From positions 6,138,001-6,202,000 of the forward strand of contig OX597839.1 in assembly GCA_951406725.2 (NCBI GenBank): a DNA stretch of 64,000 bases. The letters run 5' to 3'. Every line of letters begins with the position of its first letter. Within the stretch, counting starts at the first letter, position 1. The DNA comes from Octopus vulgaris. Lineage: Eukaryota. Position numbers and translations under genes: made by a program. The notes under the pieces were generated by a model that was not told the DNA's origin, searched no databases, and was given only the letters and a program-made list of their open reading frames with translations. Below, one piece after another: positions 41,078-53,700 of the stretch.

Positions 41078-41963
41078 TCCTTCCAAACGGGGTTGTTTTT
41101 GATGTTCAGTTTTATATCAGTCCTGATTGCATAAAATCCACGAAAACAGCTTGTTAAAGGCATGAAAACCATCCTGCCTAAGGAGTACATAATTCCAAGC
41201 TGCTATTTCTAGCTGTTCGGCAACCATACAAAGGTTCCTTCGTTGGCTTTAACGGTAGTTAATAGCTTATGGCGTTAACGGTGGAGATGGTTCGTACGGG
41301 AGGTTCTTGAGGTTTGTAGTTTAGCCCAGGTCAGTCCTGATCAAGCCGCAAACGTATGATCAAAGACATTTCGTGACGATTCTATCTTTTTCTAGAGTGC
41401 AAGGAATCCAGGACCACATTCTTTTCTAATACAATAAACTGTTATATGAAGGACATTTGACTGCTATTTCTAATAAGTGAGTGTCTCAAGTGACTCCCTG
41501 TGGTTGGCGATTGTGTGTAGTGGCGGTGGATGCTACAGATTAAACTGTTTGAGCAAACCTATAGCCAAAACGATTCCAAACATGACCATCACGCATTTTT
41601 AAAGGCAAATAATCATGCCTGCGCTCCCCTAATTATATTCAGACAGATAGAAAGGGAGAGAGAGAGCTTAGTAATTATATAACTTTCTGTAGCAATGAAA
41701 TAAGTCACAATATGCACATAGTAACAAGCTGTAATTAACAAAACAGTGGCTATGACGGTAATTAGTAATGTATTTGTCGGCAATTAGTGAGTGAAGACAA
41801 TTCAAAAATGGAATATATTGACTGGTCGCGAGGCCGGGGGGTAAAAATCTATGCTTACGACAGATGTCTCTTCATCGAATAAAGATGTACTCTGATAATG
41901 TAGAGTACGCATATTGGGAATATTAGTGAGTACAGCAACGTATTCCACTTTTGGATTGTAAGT

Positions 41964-41994
<31 letters not shown>

Positions 41995-42301
41995 AAGTGG
42001 TTGCAGTTGAAGTGGTCGCAGTGATAGTAGTAGTGGTGGTGGTGGTGGTGGTGGTGGGAGTGAATATGTAAATGCCAAAGAAAATTAAATAGGAAGTATA
42101 ATATTTAGAGAGAGAGAGAAAGAGTGAGAAAAAGGAGAGAAAGAGTGAGAGAGATGGAGAGAGAGAGAGAGAAGGAGAGATGCGGAAGCAGAGAGATACA
42201 AACATTCCATTTCATGCTTTTCCTCACCCATGGGGATTTCAAATGCAGTTTTGTATGTATGGTGATTACGTCAGATACATATATTTTTCCAGCCTGAATG
42301 C

Positions 42302-42359
<58 letters not shown>

Positions 42360-42958
42360 GTAAATTTTTTGCGGTTTTGTGAATGTATTTATACAAATAC
42401 ATAAATACGTAAATATATAATTATATACCCATATTTAGAGTCAACGCACACATACATAATATATATAAGTGTAAGTATATGTGAGCATGTTTTTATAGAT
42501 GTACTACACACACACGTACTACACACACACACACACACGTACTACACACAGACATTCTTTTATATATACGGATATATAAACCTATCAACAACTGTACCAA
42601 AGACTATTCATGAGGTTTCTTTTTATGCAAGGTGTATCAAAGCGTTATTGATAATTCTGGCTTGTATATCTAATTCGTACTTTTGACACGAAGAGTTTCT
42701 GATCTTCTGAGATCAATGAAACAATAAAACAGCTGTGATGATATGTCTAGACTAGAGGTCGTCCGGTTGTTTGAGATCGGTGCAAATCCAGGCACCCCAG
42801 AAAACCCCGCTGTAATTAAGGTATCTTAGTGCAGTTTGCTGTTCACAGTATTAAGCCAAATATCAATGCCGTTTCAAACTTCTTTTTCTCCCGGCTAAAG
42901 GTTTTTGTCTCCGATGAAACAGCGAAATAACGAGTTCACCAGACAAAAGTAAACAACA

Positions 42959-43130
42959 GGCGCAGGCGGTAACTGTGTAGTAAGAAGCCTGCTTCTCAAT
43001 CTCATGGCTCCAGGTCCAGACCCACTGCGTGACACCGTGGGTAAATGTCTACTACTAAAGCCTCGGGCCAATCAAAACCTTGTGAGTGGATTTGGTAGAC
43101 GGAAACGGAAAGAAGCCTGTCGTGAAAATA

Positions 43131-43163
<33 letters not shown>

Positions 43164-43783
43164 CTATGTTCGTCCCCCACCCACCGCTTGACAATCGGTG
43201 TTGGTGTGTTTACGTCCTTTTAACTTAGTGGTTCGGCAAAACAGACCGAAAGAATGAGATGTAAGCTTTAAAAAAAGTCCTGGGGCCGATTTGTTCGACG
43301 AAAAGTCCTTCAAGGCGATACCCCAGGATGGCCATAGTCAAATGGCTGAAACAAGTAAAAGTTAAGAAAAAATAATAAACAGGAGTGGCTGTGTGGTAAG
43401 TAGCTTGCTAACCGACCACATGGTTGCGGGTTCAGTCCCACTGCATGGCACCTTGGGCAAGTGTCTTCTGCTATAGCACCGGGCCGACCAATGCCTTGCG
43501 AGTGGATTTGGTTGACGGAAACTGAAAGAAGCCTGTCGTATATATGTATATGTATGTATGTGTGTGTTTGAGTGTCTGTGTTTGTCCCCCTAGCATTGCT
43601 TGACAACCGATGCTGGTGTGTTTACGTCCCCGTCACTTAGCGGTTCGGTAAAAAGAGACCGATAGAATAAGTACTGGGCTTACAAAAGAATAAGCCCCGG
43701 GGGTCGATTTGCTCGACTAAAAGGCGGTGCTCCAGCATGGCCGCAGTCAAATGACTGAAACAAGTAAAAGAATAAAAGAATAA
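42959..43783 (+). mobile_element. Two head-to-tail group B SINEs (older 42959-43365, younger 43380-43783)
   Basis: Both show head, internal (TA)/(TG) repeat and tail CCAG(C/G)ATGGCC...AAATG(A/G)CTGAAACAAGTAAAAG. Confidence 0.88.
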
Positions 43784-44501
43784 ACAAAAGAGAAAAAAAG
43801 TTTATTCAGCATTATAGACACACATTAAGACCAGTAAAAACACGCAGAAGACTTGTCTATGGAAGACTAAAATAAGAAATTCTAGCAGATTTCATTCACA
43901 GGAAGTTGGAGCGGAAGCAATATTAAAACATTATATAAGAAGCCATATCGAATCTCAAGTCACAAAACACACCACTCGCTCCACAATTCATCACATTACA
44001 CGAGATATGGGTAACTAATAGAGGAACTGGTTCTTTTGGTTGTAGGGTATGCAAAGAATAACAGCCAAATCTCCCTCAGATTATACTCTGCTGTCTTATA
44101 AAACAGTACATCTTGGACAATGAGCTCTTGACGCCGATGACGGGTCAATACCCTGAAACTCGGGTCCGTGTGTATCATGAGTTGAAGACGGGAGGGATGA
44201 CTTCCCTTTGCAGATACTGATAGGGCACAGAAAGTGTGTCTATAGCCAGCTGGAGGAGGTGTCCTCCTGGGGCTACAAACTACAGTAGCATTCACCCTTA
44301 GGGGTTAGCCATATTCAAATGGCAAATATATATTAAATATATATATATATACATATTTGGATATGTTGTCTATTGACTATTTAAACATGTTGGACCACTG
44401 GTGGTGATATTTATAGCGAATATTCGCTGCCCTATATATGTATCGTATGACCGCGTGTGCACATACGGAAAAAAATATAAATGGTCCTGAGGACCACTAC
44501 T

Positions 44502-44700
44502 GCCAAACTAAAGAGAAGCAGGCGAAAGGAGGAGCAGCAGCAACCACAGCTCTCGTCCCCTTTCACTTGCACCAGATGTGGTAGAGACTGCCACTCGATG
44601 ATTGGTCTGCACAGCCACACCAGGAAGTGTAGATAAACCCACCAACTTTTCTGAGCTACACCATCGTCTCTCGAGACGGACGGATGCCGAAGAAAAAAAA
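44502..44700 (+). pseudogene. RTE (BovB-like) LINE 3' end: C-terminal zinc-finger-like motif plus 3'UTR
   Basis: Translates AKLKRSRRKEEQQQPQLSSPFTCTRCGRDCHSMIGLHSHTRKCR* (stop 44634-44636); tail CATCGTCTCTCGAGACGGACGGATGCCGAAGA(A)n. Confidence 0.8.
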
Positions 44701-44721
44701 GCTGTAGTCTGCGATTTTGCT

Positions 44722-44976
44722 ATGGACAGGAACAACAAACCAACGCGAAATTATGCGTTAAACTTTGAGAAGTCTGCTACAGTGTTAAACTAGGGAAATC
44801 TGCTTTGGCAATGTTAAACTTGGGAAGTGTGCTCCGGGAAGCATACAGCGTGGAGGAAATGAACCATACGCAATGTTCCGAGTGGCAAAGTTTCTTCAAA
44901 AACTGAAGAAAGTTCCTGGAAGACCCGCCATGAGCATCACTCCGGGATATTTGGTATTGTGCATCGAGAATTTATC
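44722..44976 (+). pseudogene. Decayed, internally deleted mariner transposase (N-terminal HTH plus a catalytic-domain fragment)
   Basis: VKLGKSA...LREAYSVEEMNHTQCSEWQSFFKN*RKFLED, then GIVHREFI, typical of mariner transposases. Confidence 0.75.
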
Positions 44977-45318
44977 GGTGTATGGCACGCGACCACACAC
45001 GCACGCAATCGACTGACATACAGGTTTCGTTTTGTGTTCATTGCTTGCATATTCATTCTACCCTTTATCATCTATCATATGGCTGCGAATTGGCATTTGC
45101 TACAGGTTTCCAAGCTCTTGAGTTCTAACCCAACCCAAATCAACTTAGTTTATCGACCTCAGAAGGATGAAAGCAAAGTACGAACTCAATACTGTCGATC
45201 TTCTCCCTTTCTCATAGTCAGACATAATATATGGAAGAAATGGGCTGTAGTGAGGTTTGGAGAGAGAGAGAGAGGTCCAAAACCCGGGTTGCCCTGACTT
45301 ATCACAAGCTGAGGATCC

Positions 45319-45640
45319 CTGCGTTGGCTGGGTCATGCCCTCCGTCGTCAACCAGGAGAATTCATCTACGAAGCAATTGCCCCAGCTCCCCTTCAGGGTT
45401 GGCGAAAGCGATGTGGTGGACAGCGGAAAAACCTGGCTGATGACAGTCAAGGCTGATCTGGCACCCAACCTAGGCCCTCATATCCACGGCGTTCGCCGCT
45501 GGAATAAGGAGTGGTTGGAGATCACGCGGTCGTTAGCCTCAAATCGCCAGGCCCGGTCGGCGTTTGTGAGAGATTGTGAGCATTGAGGATGAATGAAGCT
45601 AGCTCAACCCACCCCGGGGTGAATGCTGTCTCAAGTCAAG
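45319..45640 (+). pseudogene. RTE LINE 3' fragment with one frameshift and CAAGT-type tail
   Basis: LRWLGHALRRQPGEFIYEAIAPAPLQGWRKRCGGQRK, extra A at ~45427-45431, then TWLMTVKADLAPNLGPHIHGVRRWNKEWLEITRSLASNRQARSAFVRD; tail CTCAACCCACCCCGGGGTGAATGCTGTCTCAAGTCAAG. Confidence 0.85.
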
Positions 45641-45854
45641 ACGATCCCAACGCAAGGAGAAAACTTTTCACCACCCTCCTTTCTCTCTCTCCGACTTTCC
45701 TTCCGCGGAAATTTGAAAACGTTCGTCGAAACAAAGTCTTTCCTCTCTCGCCAGAACTGCAATTAACGAAAAGCAAACACAGCATAATACCGCTGCAGTG
45801 AGTTTCAACTATTTGATGTCAACGTTATTCAGTTACTCTTACTAATTACTGGCA

Positions 45855-45887
<33 letters not shown>

Positions 45888-46102
45888 CATTATTATTATT
45901 ATAGGAAATAAGAGCTCTCGAAATCGTTAATGGCGGCTACGATATTCATAACGATACATAGCTGGTAATATAACAGTTTCAAACATCCGGCGGAACTTCA
46001 ATATCTATGAACGAGAGACCCTAATAATCGGATATCACACACACACTAACGCACAGAAACAGTTAAAGATAGCGACTGACACACATCTGCCATGACACAA
46101 AA

Positions 46103-46167
<65 letters not shown>

Positions 46168-46365
46168 GATTTCGCTTAGTCATGGTGGAACCAATAGCCT
46201 AATACTTTCCTCAATAAAGAAACACTTCATTAAAATAGATATTTAAATAGCTCCGAGGAAGTTATAACACGTCACACCGGCGCTCAACTCTGGGTGCACG
46301 GTTTCTAATAGCAGAAACAGCTGCAAGCTAATGCAAGTGATTGCGTGACTTCTTTAGTTTATTAT

Positions 46366-46583
46366 ATAATTCTTTTTTTAACAGTGGATCTCGAAGCAGA
46401 TAAGGTTACAAATAATAACATGCACAGGCAGCCTTCGACTTCTGGACTGAAAAAATTCGAAGGCTGCCTGTGGGTTACGAACTCACATCTACTGTAGACA
46501 TGATAACGCTTTTCAATCCAATATTTACACTTCATTTATAGCCTTAGGGGCTTCAAGATCCACTGTTCCAAAAAACGAATTAT
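46366..46583. mobile_element. MITE-like element with ~48-bp TIRs and an internal perfect 16-bp hairpin
   Basis: ATAATTC...AACAGTGGATCTCGAAGC pairs with GCTTCAAGATCCACTGTT...GAATTAT; inner CACAGGCAGCCTTCGA (46423-46438) pairs with TCGAAGGCTGCCTGTG (46457-46472). Confidence 0.75.
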
Positions 46584-47154
46584 TTCACGTTCCCACCAAA
46601 GTTTATAGAATTTAAAGAGAAGGGGCTAGTCGAAAGGTACTTTATTCCATAGTCCATCAGAAGGTGAAGGATTAAGTTAATCCCCACGAGATTAAACTCT
46701 CAGAATATAGAATATAACGAGCTGAAAGAAATACGGCAGGGCATTTTCCAGATGCTCTGACGATACAGCCATTCCGCCATGACAGGAACATTGGAAGGGT
46801 TTTTATATACTTTTCTCCTTTTCTTTCTTTTTTTTGTCGTTAAAGAAAACCCCTCACATTCATCTATTTCGTGAATACTATTTCGTATTTTCTTTTTTAA
46901 ACGTCCCACCCATGTAGGAATTCAGCTCTTAAATTAAGCAACAAGCTTTTATTTATTAATTTTTGAAATTATTTTCTTTATGGTGTCGCTGACAACTTTT
47001 TTAATGGTAAACCATAAAAAAAGAGGGTTTCTGCACGACAAAGATACTGAAGAACAAAAATAAAACTTCCACCAAAAAGAAGGGATAATATATTACTTCA
47101 GTTGAATGTAAATGCCAACATTATTTATCTCTTCTTGCCATTCAACTACTACTG

Positions 47155-47538
47155 TGGGAAGCACTCCGTCGGTTACGACGACGAGGGTTCCGGTTGATCC
47201 GATCAACGGAACACCTTGCTCGTGAAATTAACGTGTAAGTGGCTGAGCACTCCACAGACACGTGTACCCTTAACGTAGTTCCCGGGGATATTCGGCGTGA
47301 CATAGAGAGTGACAAGGCCGGCCCTTTGAAATACAGGTACAACAGAAACAGGAAATAAGAGTGAGAGAAAGTTGTGGTGAAGGAGTACAGCAGGGATCAC
47401 CACCATCCCCTGCCGGAGCCTCGTGGATCTGTAGGTGTTTTCGCTCAATAAACACTCACAACGCCCGGTCTGGGAATCGAAACCGCGATCCTACGACCGC
47501 GAGTCCGCTGCCCTAACCACTGGGCCATTGCGCCTCCA
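47155..47538 (-). mobile_element. SINE group A, full length, in a short (CTA)n context
   Basis: Near-identical to 2691-3073; CTACTACT on both flanks. Confidence 0.9.
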
Positions 47539-47684
47539 CTCTACTACTACTACTGCCACCACCATGGGACACCCTATCTGGTCGCTCAGTATGCTGAAAA
47601 GAGAAACCAAATTCATTTTAATCCTACACTATGCTACAGACTTAGATAACAAATGCTGACGCACTGGACAAAGTAGTTTTTTTT

Positions 47685-47814
47685 TTGTTTGTTTCTTCTC
47701 GAGCCATGCCTGGCTCTTAAGGGCCGGTTTCCCGGTTTCCTTGGCGTATAGGTTCCCCACCTGGACGGGACGCCAGTCCGTCGCAGGTAAGCTGCAAGAT
47801 GCAGGAGGAAAGAG
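47685..47814 (-). mobile_element. SINE 3' fragment with V-domain-like segment
   Basis: Minus strand CCTGCGACGGACTGGCGTCCCGTCCAGGTG resembles the V-SINE CCTGCGATGGACTGGCG.CC.GTCCAGG motif; tail GAAACCGGG...GAGCC...GGCTCGAGAAGAAAC. Confidence 0.6.
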
Positions 47815-48344
47815 GTCGATGAAATAAGTATCTGTTGAATTCTGATGCTTATTTTATCACCGAAATTTTGGCTTGTACCAAAATTTGAAGTCAACATACA
47901 AAAGACAAGATGGTCACCCCTGGGACGCTTCTGATCATAATAGGTCCTCTAGATCAGAGCTGACTTGGGGATAAAGAAAACAAAAATATAAATCACTACG
48001 TCTGCTGTACAAACAACGACATACAGTATTCCAAATATAGATAAATACAATACCACCAACCAACCAACCAGCCGACCGAACAACTACAACCACTGTAAAT
48101 ATGGCGCCCAGGTGAAACGACTAGGAAATCCCGATGTGTGGCGTCAATGACACTTAAAATTTATTGAGCGCCCTTGAAAGTTTAAATGAAAACAAGAGAG
48201 AAAGAAAGAAAGGAAATAGGAAAAAGGAAGAAAAAAGGAAATAGTCAGAAGATAATTACCAGAATTACAAATGAAAACAACTAAAAGAAAAAAAAAATGC
48301 AACTGCTAAGCGTAAACAACCATTAATTTCGATCTACATACCCA

Positions 48345-48385
<41 letters not shown>

Positions 48386-48519
48386 TTTAGCTACACACAC
48401 ACACATGTATAAATATATATATATACACACACGCATATACACACACGCGCATATACACACAAACATACATCATTTATACATACACTCACGTATACACGCG
48501 TATCTATATGCGCACGGAA

Positions 48520-48940
48520 GGCGGTGAGCTGGCAGAAACGTTAGCACGCCGGGCGAAATGCGTAACCGTATTTCGTCTGCAGTTGCGTTCTGAGTTCAAA
48601 TTCCGCCGAGGTCGACTTTGCCTTTCATCCTTTCGGGGTCAATTAAATTATGTACCAGTTACGCACTGGGGTCGATGTAATCGACTTAATCCGTTTGTCT
48701 GTCCTTGTTTGTCCCCTTGGTGTCCAGCCCCTTGTGGGTAATAAAGAAATAGGTATTTCATCTGCCCTGGTTATGTTCTGAGTTCAAATTCCGCCGAGGT
48801 CGACTTTGCCTTTCATCCTTTCGGGGTCGATTAAATAAGTACCAGTTACGCACTTGGGTCGATATAATCAACTTAATCCGTTTGTCTGTCCTTGTTTGTC
48901 CCCTCTGTGTTCAGCCCCTTGTGGGTAGTAAAGAAAAAAA
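48520..48940 (+). mobile_element. Dimeric group C (Meta) SINE
   Basis: Unit 1 is 48520-48752; unit 2 restarts inside the head at GTATTTCATCTGC (48753) and repeats the Meta-like domain and tail. Confidence 0.9.
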
Positions 48941-49138
48941 AATATATGCTATCCTCAACATATCTTCCTTGGTTTGCCGTAACTTTCACCATTTGTCAAC
49001 ACGTTTAAAACATGTATATTTTTATGTGTGTGTGTGTTATAATGTAGAAGTGTATTTGTGTCTGCACAAGCGCGCGTATTTGTATGTGTATTTGACTTTG
49101 TACCTGAGTATACATGTATGTACTGTGAGCCTCTGTGT

Positions 49139-49172
<34 letters not shown>

Positions 49173-49247
49173 CTGCACGTGTGTATAAATATACATGAAT
49201 TATATAGCTGTATGTGAATCCTTGGGTCTTTGTGGAAAAGAGAGTGG

Positions 49248-49280
<33 letters not shown>

Positions 49281-49322
49281 AAGGGCATAATTATAGCTCT
49301 TGAAACTATCTGATACACGATT

Positions 49323-49369
<47 letters not shown>

Positions 49370-49722
49370 CACACACACACACACACTTGAATGTGTCAAA
49401 ACTAATTTGAAAACAGCTACGTATTTTGGGAAAAGTGCCTTAAGTAAAAACACAGCATGCCCAGCTGCGGAAATCAAAAGGGAAACAACGTAGGGGAGAC
49501 AGATAATAAAAACTCCCTGAGATAGGGTTAACAATGGAATCTCTGGGACAGCAGCTAATCGCCTGGAGAAGGGGTTCGGAATCCAATGCAGTTGTGACAG
49601 CCGTGAACAAAATAAATTAAAATTCAAGAGAAACCAATGAAAGGGACTTCCAGGAATTCAACACACTACATATGTGTACAGGTGTGTGTATGTGTTTATT
49701 ATTTTATAGCTATACCACCCAA

Positions 49723-50474
49723 GGATCCACTGGTAAGTCGGAACCACGGTTTTAAATTGGATTTAGTACTTGCATTTCTACGGCATCCTGCTAGCACTCG
49801 AAGTCTGCAATGTTTATTTTCCCGTGAGCTCTATGTGTTTTGTACCTAGCCATTTTCTGGTGTCTTACATGTTGATACGTCCTTGATGAAGAATCCTTGT
49901 AACTAATATATATATATAATAGAAATATTAAAATTACTAAGTCTCTATAAAAGAGATTACGACAGCGTTTACTGGAAATTAATTGTTATCGCCATATTAA
50001 TATGGCATTCTTATAAATATAAGAATAATCGCTGCCGCTGGTCAGCTCCATGAGGCCACCGCCTTAAGATAGCTATTGATACACGATCTGTATCCATTAT
50101 AACCTTCGAACAAGGGAGGTCAGCCGCTTCACACTGCCAGGTTTAGGGTTAGAGTTAGGGTTGGTTAGGGTTAGGGGTGGAAGAAGGGTATCTTTTTTCT
50201 TCACAAATGTAAATAAACCCAATGTTTCTTAAACGAGTGACATATTCATACGGCACAGAATGTTTTTTTTTTACCTCAATAGACGTCAGTGATTGGTTGA
50301 AATTGCAGAAATTGAAGAAAAAAAACGACAAATATCTTACAAACTATAGAATTTTCTCAATAAAGCCAAGGGAAAAAGATGTTTTATAAACACATTCTAC
50401 GAGTATACGAAGTTTAAAAGTGATTAGTTACCTAGAAATTATGTTAAAAACTGCCGTTCAAACCGAAAAGATCC
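49723..50474. mobile_element. Putative non-autonomous DNA element with interstitial TTAGGG repeats and a hairpin cluster
   Basis: TTAGGG-like array 50142-50176; palindromes at 49991-50006 and 50007-50026; possible termini AA|GGATC...GATCC|AA; left boundary uncertain. Confidence 0.4.
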
Positions 50475-51914
50475 AACAAAAGAAGCAACACTGGGTGTAA
50501 TTATGTTTATTTAGATCCTGCTTGGACAATAGTTATATTGAACTTAAAACGAAGAGGTTTGCGAAACGAACGTCTTATTCACTGAACAGCAATACACGTA
50601 TTTATTTATTTATTTATTTATCTATCTATTATGATACGGACTTGGTTTGACGTTAGATTATATATAACAACATCTGGCTGAAACAAAAACAGACAGACAG
50701 ACATTAGTTACGGAAAGCCATGACATAATAAGAGGTGTCAGGTTTCGTGAGTGGGCCTCAAGGTGTTGAAGTGAATTGGATAAAGAAACGAAACAGTAAT
50801 GGCTTCTTTTGGTCTTGGAAGAAAGGCAATTTTGCAGTATTAAGGTGGAAGGGTTATATGGTATATAACAAATAATTCCATTATCTTAATAATACTTATT
50901 GTATCCTACCCCAGAGCGATGAAAGGTAAAGTCGATTACGTTAATGGCGGAGTATAGGAAGAGAGACTATCTCACAGTGCACCAACATAGGTAGAGCAAA
51001 GTGTTCAATTTAGCTGGTTACTGTCACCAACAAATCCATCAATATATCAATAATTGATTCATACGTAGGTATGTGGAATCTGCGTTTATTTTCGTTTCTT
51101 TTATCATTATTATCTTTTTTTTTAATCTTAAATAAAGGTGAGTGCATACACTAGCGACGTAAAGCGATGCCAGCCGTGTAGCAGTCTTAATTCGTCGCCC
51201 GTTTTAAACGGCATCACTTCCTCGACTGCCATTAGTTTTACAGCTACCGCCTAACTTTCTTTCTCTGCTACAACCACCGCGTCGCTGAGATGAAGAATAT
51301 TTTGATATCTTAAGGCGCTGATTCTTGCTGCTAAAAATCCACACGTTTTGGTGAGAAGGGTTTCTTCCCCTATCTCTTCCGTTTTACTCATCTCTGACAG
51401 AGACCAATCCTATAAAAGTTCCCCCATTCCCCTGAAAAAACATTCGGGAGCAGTGCAAGAATGAAATACGAAAAATAACAATAAAAAAAATATATGGAGA
51501 ATTTAACATCGAGTAAAAAAGGGGGCGAAATAAACAGTAGCAGCAGCAGCAGCATCACCACCACTACTACTATCACCAACAAGAAGAACAACAATAATTT
51601 TATTAGCTACAAGATTCCAAGATGTCCCAATGACGAAATACAAAACAGTAGGGAGTTTTTCATCGACTGAAAAGAAGGCGAAAAACAACAGCATAAACAA
51701 CAATAATAATAATAAGTCCCCAATAGAGAGAATTACCACCTAGGGTTAATGATAACGACTAAATAAATTGGTTGAAAGGGCTGAAACAAACAAACAAATA
51801 AATAAATAAATAAATAAAAAGGGAGCTGCGGGTGAAAGGTGTGTAAAGAAAATAACGTTGGGAGTGTCACTCGTTACGCAGCAGAATGTAGTTGGATGTT
51901 CGTGGTGGAGTCGG

Positions 51915-52110
51915 AGCTGGCGCTGGCTGTAGGGTTGGCGGTGGCATTGGTGATAGTGTTTGCGGTAGTGTTGGTGATAGTGTTTGCGGTAGAGTTGGTG
52001 GTGGCGTTGGCGATAGTGTTGGTGATGGCGTTGGCGGTAGTGTTGGTGGTGGTGTTGGCGATAGTGTTTGCGGTAGTGTTGGTGGTGGCTTTGGCGGTAG
52101 TGTTGTTGGG
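51915..52110. repeat. 12/24-bp GT-rich minisatellite (GTTGGCGATAGTGTTTGCGGTAGT-like)
   Basis: Tandem 12-mers of pattern GTT.G.G.T.G(T/C). Confidence 0.8.
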
Positions 52111-52423
52111 GTAAATAGCGTTTGTGGTGGTGGTGGTAGCGGTATAGTAGTGGTACTGCTGGTCGTGGCGTTGTGCTTCTAGTGTTGACGGTCGTGTTGG
52201 CGTCGTGGTGATAGTGTTAGCCTCGGTTTGTCCCAGATCAGATCTAATCTAGCAAGACCTGTCTTTCAGTACATTCCAGCCATAGCCATCCCGTCTCTTT
52301 CCGGCGTAAGACTACGCTGTCCACTGTGTCCCCACCCCATATAAGGCCGTAAGACTGAACTTGAATGAACATGGCTGGTATTTCTAGGAGTTTCAATCGC
52401 CACACGAATGCCTTCTCATTGGA

Positions 52424-52636
52424 TAGTAGTAGTAGTAGTAGTGATGGTGGTAGTGATTGTAGTAGTGGTGGTGGTAGTAGTAGTGGTGGTGGTGGTAGTG
52501 ATATTAGTGGTGGTGGTTTTAGTTGTAGTGAGGGTGGTGGCATTTGTAAAGTAATAGTAGTGGTGATGATTGTAGTAGTGGTGGTGGTGGTGGCAGTGAC
52601 AGCTATAAAGTAATAGTAGTGGTGATGATTGTAGTA

Positions 52637-52677
<41 letters not shown>

Positions 52678-52820
52678 GGTGGTGATATTAGTGGTGGTGG
52701 TTGTAGTTGTACTGATGGTGGTGGTGGCATTTGTTGTAGTAGTTATTGTGGTTGTGGTTGTAGTAGTAGTGGTGGTGGCAGCAGTGACAGCTATAGTTGT
52801 TGTAGTCGTCGTAGTAGTAG
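52424..52820. repeat. Compound (GTA/GTG)n repeat with duplicated blocks
   Basis: GCAGTGACAGCTATA at ~52593 and ~52780; GATATTAGTGGTGGTGG at ~52500 and ~52684. Confidence 0.85.
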
Positions 52821-53221
52821 GAGGAGCGAGGGGATTTTGCGAATGGGAAAAGTAAAGAATTACGCCAACAAAACAACAAAAAGACCGAACACAAAATAGA
52901 GTGCAGCATGTGAATAAATGGGATTAGAGGGGGTAAACCCATCACACCCTCTCTCTTCTCTCTCGCTTAGTTGATTGATGGCAGAGACAGTTTTATTCTA
53001 TTTATTTATTTTCAGAGTGACTCCACCATTTCATCAAAACTGCGTGACGTGTGCGCGCGCATGTTACTTCCACTGTTGTGTGTGCGCCGTACGCATGCTC
53101 CCTTCTTTTGGAGATTGGTTCGAAAGACGCAAACCCTTAACGAGAAAATCCCTATTAAGTATGAATTAGTAATGCAAACAGAAGCAGTATATAAACTGCA
53201 CCCCCGCCTCCGGTGTCAACC

Positions 53222-53267
<46 letters not shown>

Positions 53268-53268
<1 letters not shown>

Positions 53269-53654
53269 TTTTACTCTTTTACTTGTTTCAGTCATTTGAC
53301 TGAGGCCATGCTGGAGCACCGCCTTCAGTCGAGCAAATCGACCCCAGGACTTATTCTTTGTAAGCCAAGTACTTATTCTATCGGTCTCTTTTGCCGAACC
53401 GCTAATTTCCTGACGTAAACACACCTGCATCGGTTGTCAAGCAATGCTAGGGGGATAAACACAGACACACAAACACACGCACACACATATATACGACGGG
53501 CTTCTTTCAGTTTCCGTCTACCAAATCCACTCACAAGACTTTGGTCGGCTCGAGGCTATAGTAGAAGACACTTGCCCAAGGTGTCACACAGTGGGACTGA
53601 ACCCGGAACCATGTGGTTGGTAAGCAAGCTACTTACCACACAGCCACTCCTGCG

Positions 53655-53656
<2 letters not shown>
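53268..53656 (-). mobile_element. SINE group B, full length, both ends in (TA)n
   Basis: Complete head, CORE-like box, internal microsatellite and GTAAAAGA-repeat tail. Confidence 0.9.

Positions 53657-53700
<44 letters not shown>

Noticed and set aside
43860-43880. TGGAAGACTA matches the 5' end of miR-7
   Set aside because: Match stops after 10 nt and there is no precursor hairpin
51892-52182. Gly/Val/Ser-rich ORF (GGGVGDSVCGSV repeats) resembling a structural protein
   Set aside because: Explained by a 12/24-bp minisatellite; overlapping frames are equally open
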